Below, piece after piece: positions 60,509 through 64,000 of a stretch of 64,000 bases of DNA. The DNA comes from Myxococcota bacterium. Lineage in GTDB: Bacteria; Myxococcota_A; Polyangia; Nannocystales; Nannocystaceae. The first letter of the stretch is position 1. Every line of letters begins with the position of its first letter. Made by a program: the position numbers and the translations under genes. The notes below the pieces were generated by a model, which had not been told where the DNA came from, did not search any database, and saw only the letters and a program-made list of their open reading frames with translations. Location: the NCBI GenBank assembly GCA_039028615.1, contig JBCCHT010000005.1, positions 128,001 through 192,000 on the forward strand, in the 5' to 3' direction.

Positions 60509-61969
60509 GTGACGTCGCCGTCTCCCGACGCTCCGCCACCTTCGGACGCGCCTACCGGGCGTCGTCGCCGGGTCCCCAAACCTCTATGGCTCGTGGCGGT
60601 CGAGGAGCGACTGGCGGAGCGGCTCGCTCGTCGGCCCCATCTCGCCCCCGCCATCAAGCTCGGCGTCGTGGTGCCGCTGTTGTTCTTGGCGATGCGCCAG
60701 ATCGACGTGCTGACCGGCAACCCGGCCTTCGTCGGCGTGCTGCTCGCGGCCTTCTTCGTGCTCGACTACCTGCACGGCCTGGTCGCCCGGCCGCGCTCGG
60801 GGGAGACCGGTTGGCTGCGAGTGCTCGATGGCCTGACCGATCTTCCGCTGCTGCTGGTGGTCGCCGTGTTCGTGCACCCGCTGCTGCCCGTGCCCTTGCT
60901 CGCGGCCAAGATCGCCATCGAGGTGTTGCTGCTCGCGCTCTATGTCGCGGGTCGGGACTCCGCCGGAAGTCGGCTCGGGGGCGCGGTGAGCTACGCGGCC
61001 GTGGTCGCGATGTTCCTGCTGACCCAGGGCTGGGCGCCGCGGGTGGTCAACCCTCGCACGGCCGAGGCGGCGCTATGGGCCAGCACCGCGCTGTCGGGCA
61101 TCGTCGCCCTGTACAGCCTGCGGGTGCTGCAAAAGCGCTTCATCGCCGATGCGCTCTCGGCTGCGAACCTGCTGTGTGGCGCCTTCGCGATCTTCTTTTC
61201 CACCAAGCAGCGCTTCGAGCTCAGCCTGCTGTTCGTGATCATCGGCGCCGCCTTCGATGGCTTCGACGGGGCCGCGGCGCGGCGCTGGGGGGGCACCAGC
61301 ATCGGCGTGTACTCCGACGACGTCGCCGATGGGGTCAACTACGGCATCGCGCCCGCGGTGGCGCTGTACTACCTGCTCGGGGGCATCTCGGGGGCGCTGC
61401 TGGGCACCTTCTACGGCGTATTCGTCGTCAGTCGCCTGGTGTTCTTCACCCTGATGAAGTCGGCCAGCGACCCCAACTTCTTCCGCGGGGTGCCCAGTCC
61501 GGTCGGTGGCCTGACCACCATGTCCTCGATCGTCGTGTTCCAGAACGAGCCCGCGATCGTGGGCTTGATGGTCGGCATCGCGTGCGCCCAGATGGTCGCG
61601 TTCTCCACCGACTACCGCCACCTCGGGCGGGCCCTCGGGGGTTGGGTGTCGCGGCGTCGTCGTCGACGGGGCGGCCGGGCGCGGCGACGGGCGCTGTTCG
61701 GCGCGACCGCCTATATCGTGATCCTCCTGCTCGGCATCCGCCTGTTCGAGCTCAAGGCGGCCGTCGGCATCATCCTGGTGATCAACCTGGTGTACGGCTT
61801 CTTCCCCAGCGTGCTCGCGTTTCAGCGGGCGCTGGAGCTGCGGCGCGAGGTGGCGCGCAGCCGCGGGGCCAAGGGCGTGCTGGACGAGCCCCTGACCCCC
61901 GTGCCCAGCGACGCGCTCTCGGCCGAGAGCAGCGCGGAACTCGAGAGCGAAACCGCGGACCGCGAGTAG
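60509..61969 (+). CDS. CDP-alcohol phosphatidyltransferase (PssA-like) with a duplicated degenerate N-terminal domain
   Basis: ADALSAANLLCG, FDGFDGAAARRWGGTSIGVYSDDVAD, FFRGVPSP; N-terminal LDYLHGLVAR...GWLRVLDGLTD. Confidence 0.8.
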   Translation: MTSPSPDAPPPSDAPTGRRRRVPKPLWLVAVEERLAERLARRPHLAPAIKLGVVVPLLFLAMRQIDVLTGNPAFVGVLLAAFFVLDYLHGLVARPRSGETGWLRVLDGLTDLPLLLVVAVFVHPLLPVPLLAAKIAIEVLLLALYVAGRDSAGSRLGGAVSYAAVVAMFLLTQGWAPRVVNPRTAEAALWASTALSGIVALYSLRVLQKRFIADALSAANLLCGAFAIFFSTKQRFELSLLFVIIGAAFDGFDGAAARRWGGTSIGVYSDDVADGVNYGIAPAVALYYLLGGISGALLGTFYGVFVVSRLVFFTLMKSASDPNFFRGVPSPVGGLTTMSSIVVFQNEPAIVGLMVGIACAQMVAFSTDYRHLGRALGGWVSRRRRRRGGRARRRALFGATAYIVILLLGIRLFELKAAVGIILVINLVYGFFPSVLAFQRALELRREVARSRGAKGVLDEPLTPVPSDALSAESSAELESETADRE

Positions 61970-61990
61970 AAGGGGTCCGTCGCGCGTCCT

Positions 61991-62902
61991 CTATCCGTTC
62001 GGGAACAGCTTGTCCTCGATCGCAGCAAGTACCACTAACTCGTCCTCCTTCACCCCGGCACTTGCCTGAGCGATGGTGACCGCCCCCGTCGTGGTCGCGA
62101 GTCTGACCTCCTCGGTCGCATGGCTCAGTGTGTCGAGCGCATTGCCGAAGTCGGCCAGGCTGACGTGGACGCGGCTCAGGTCCACTAGCGCGGATGGGAC
62201 TCCTCCGAGGCCTGCGGACCATGCTGAAAGGAGTGGCAAGACTGCGGCTTTCTCCTTCGCAACGAATCGCCCATCCGCACGTGCGACGTAGACGAGTACG
62301 AAAACCATTGCGGTGAGTTGGTCGAGGTCGGTGGCTTCGACATCTACGGACCCAACGGACACCTCAATAGTGCTCTTGGCACCAGCGGATACGTTCGCAG
62401 GCCTACGAACAAATGACGGTGAACGGTGGCAGAGATGTTCCGCGAAACCGCGTGCATCGAGGGGGTGGCTCATTCCGTCGATGCTGGCTCCTACTACGCG
62501 ATCTGCCCGGAATGTTCGCCAGCCTGCCCGGAGTCTGCACCATCCTCGGAAATAGACGAACCCGTTCTTCTCCCAAACTGATCTGACTTCCACGATCCGC
62601 CGCGTCTCGTTGCCCATGTAGTCGCGGTAGGCGAGGTCGACCGCGAGAACCTGATCCGCGGGCAGCGAGCGGTTCGATGGCTGAGCGACAAGGGAGCGAG
62701 TGGGTCCTGGTGTGCTTGGCGTCGCCTCGGTGGGGCTCGGTTGTTCGTTCTCTCGTGCGCGTCCAAGACTCAGAGACTCCCACGGATCCGGCCGTTCCGG
62801 CTCGTCAGACCAGGGAGAGCGTCGAAACGTCACCCAACCGAGTAACCCCACGACGGCGGCCACTCCCAGGCACACCAACAGAACGATGAGGTTGTGATCC
62901 AT
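61991..62902 (-). CDS. TM-anchored WYL-domain / TerB-like fusion protein
   Basis: N-terminal TM; YRDYMGNETRRIVEV...YFRGWCRLRAGWRTFRADRV (WYL); LVYVARADGRFVAKE and IAQASAGVKEDE (TerB-like). Confidence 0.7.
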   Translation of the reverse strand: MDHNLIVLLVCLGVAAVVGLLGWVTFRRSPWSDEPERPDPWESLSLGRARENEQPSPTEATPSTPGPTRSLVAQPSNRSLPADQVLAVDLAYRDYMGNETRRIVEVRSVWEKNGFVYFRGWCRLRAGWRTFRADRVVGASIDGMSHPLDARGFAEHLCHRSPSFVRRPANVSAGAKSTIEVSVGSVDVEATDLDQLTAMVFVLVYVARADGRFVAKEKAAVLPLLSAWSAGLGGVPSALVDLSRVHVSLADFGNALDTLSHATEEVRLATTTGAVTIAQASAGVKEDELVVLAAIEDKLFPNG

Positions 62903-62983
62903 GGGCCGGGCACCCGACTGTCCCGTGGTTTTTCTCCACGGTGCAAACTGCCCGTTCGGGACGGCGCGATTATCTGGGCTGCG

Positions 62984-64000
62984 CTAGCGCAGTCGCCCTT
63001 TGTGGCCTTCGCTGCGCAGCTGCTCGTCGATGTCTCGTCGAACCTCTCGCCCTTGCTTCTTCAGGGCTCGCATCCGTCGACGCTGTCGCGATGCGTTCGG
63101 AATGGCACCGTCCAGGCACGCCCGAATCTGCTTGCGCATGTTGTGGAAGTCGCGGCTCATGTTGCGCGCGGGGGCGGTCACGCCGAAGTCGAACGCGCTG
63201 ACGATCTTCCCTCGTGCGTACTCCAGCATGTACGTGTTCGGCTCGGCCGTATAGATCTTGGTGTCGCCGGCCATCAGCTTGGCCCAGCTGCCCGGGGCCA
63301 TGACCCGGGGCTCCAGGTCGCCCACGTGGTGGGTTCGCATCTCGCCGATCATGGTCCAGTCGTGGACGTCGACGGTGTAGCGACCGGAGTAGCCGTTGAC
63401 CCCCATGGGGGTGCCAAAGATGATCAGGTACTCGCGGCGCGAGCAGTAGAGCATGCGGTAGTGCCCCAGGGCTCCGCCCGCGAAGTTCCACACCATGCTC
63501 TGCTCGGTGGGCTCGAGCTGCACGGTGGGGAAGGATTCGGTGACGCCCCGGCGGGTGCGATCGAACAGCGCCTGCATCTGCACTTGGTTGTGCAGGTGCA
63601 CGCGGTCGCGCGCGGCGTCGAGGTCGGGGTCGGGGACCGGCGTCTTCTGAGGCGGGTAGGGGATGGGCTCCAGGCTCGGCGGGTGCAGGGCGGAGTCGAT
63701 GGCGATCTGGTGGAGCATCTCCAGGTCGAACACGTGGTCCCGCGCCTTGCGGAGGCACCGGAGCTCGGCACCGGTTCGCTTCTTGGTGCGGCACTCCTGG
63801 ATCTGTGCGGTCGACAGCCGCCGGTCGGCCATGACCTCGAGGCAGTCGATGCGGTCGGAGCCTTCGTAGCCGCGGCAGGTCTCGAGCGAGCGCGGGGTGT
63901 AGCTCCGCTCGGCGATCATTCGGGCGCACTGCAGAGCCTGCGGCGGCGCGTCGGGGGCCGACTCGGCACACAGCGCGAGGGCTTGGGCGTCGAAGTGCCG
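62984..64000 (-). CDS. ERG2 / sigma-1 receptor family protein with Cys-paired N-terminal repeats (5' end probably beyond the window)
   Basis: WNFAGGALG, YCSRREYLIIFGT, GYSGRY, DVHD, YMLEYARG; frame stays open from 63919 to 64000. Confidence 0.85.
   Translation of the reverse strand, partial: RHFDAQALALCAESAPDAPPQALQCARMIAERSYTPRSLETCRGYEGSDRIDCLEVMADRRLSTAQIQECRTKKRTGAELRCLRKARDHVFDLEMLHQIAIDSALHPPSLEPIPYPPQKTPVPDPDLDAARDRVHLHNQVQMQALFDRTRRGVTESFPTVQLEPTEQSMVWNFAGGALGHYRMLYCSRREYLIIFGTPMGVNGYSGRYTVDVHDWTMIGEMRTHHVGDLEPRVMAPGSWAKLMAGDTKIYTAEPNTYMLEYARGKIVSAFDFGVTAPARNMSRDFHNMRKQIRACLDGAIPNASRQRRRMRALKKQGREVRRDIDEQLRSEGHKGRLR

Overview
Very GC-rich (roughly 70% by eye, not computed), densely coding bacterial chromosome segment. 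Eukaryote-like Ser/Thr kinases, many acidic Cys-rich lipoproteins with CGNG/CDDGN repeats and a Myxococcus-type LexA box point to a myxobacterium (probably Nannocystaceae-like; inference). No rRNA, tRNA, CRISPR array, integrase or transposase was seen. Ordinary content: a translationally coupled MoxR/DUF58/VWA operon, mfd, trmH-like methylase plus PBP1A, Leu/Phe/Val dehydrogenase, Xaa-Pro peptidase, MenA-like prenyltransferase, imuB and a PssA-like enzyme. The most striking item is a five-gene module at 52.3-57.4 kb: ECF sigma factor, membrane anti-sigma with a periplasmic DUF4384-like domain, a lipoprotein paralog of that domain, an exported caspase-like protease fused to a beta-helix and probable outer-membrane barrel, and a twin-CX6C lipoprotein. 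All three transcription units are preceded by the same motif, G(T/G)GACRS-N12-TCGGTGTT, suggesting an autoregulated caspase-based trans-envelope signalling system. Other highlights: a sigma-1-receptor/ERG2 homolog, a stand-alone EF-G paralog behind a long leader with a 31-codon uORF, a trypsin-like pseudo-protease with a somatomedin-B domain, a SulP-STAS-PTS EIIA fusion, an orphan ThiF-nitroreductase, a LexA-boxed solo imuB and a TM-WYL-TerB protein. All family assignments come from motifs recognised by eye, not from database searches.
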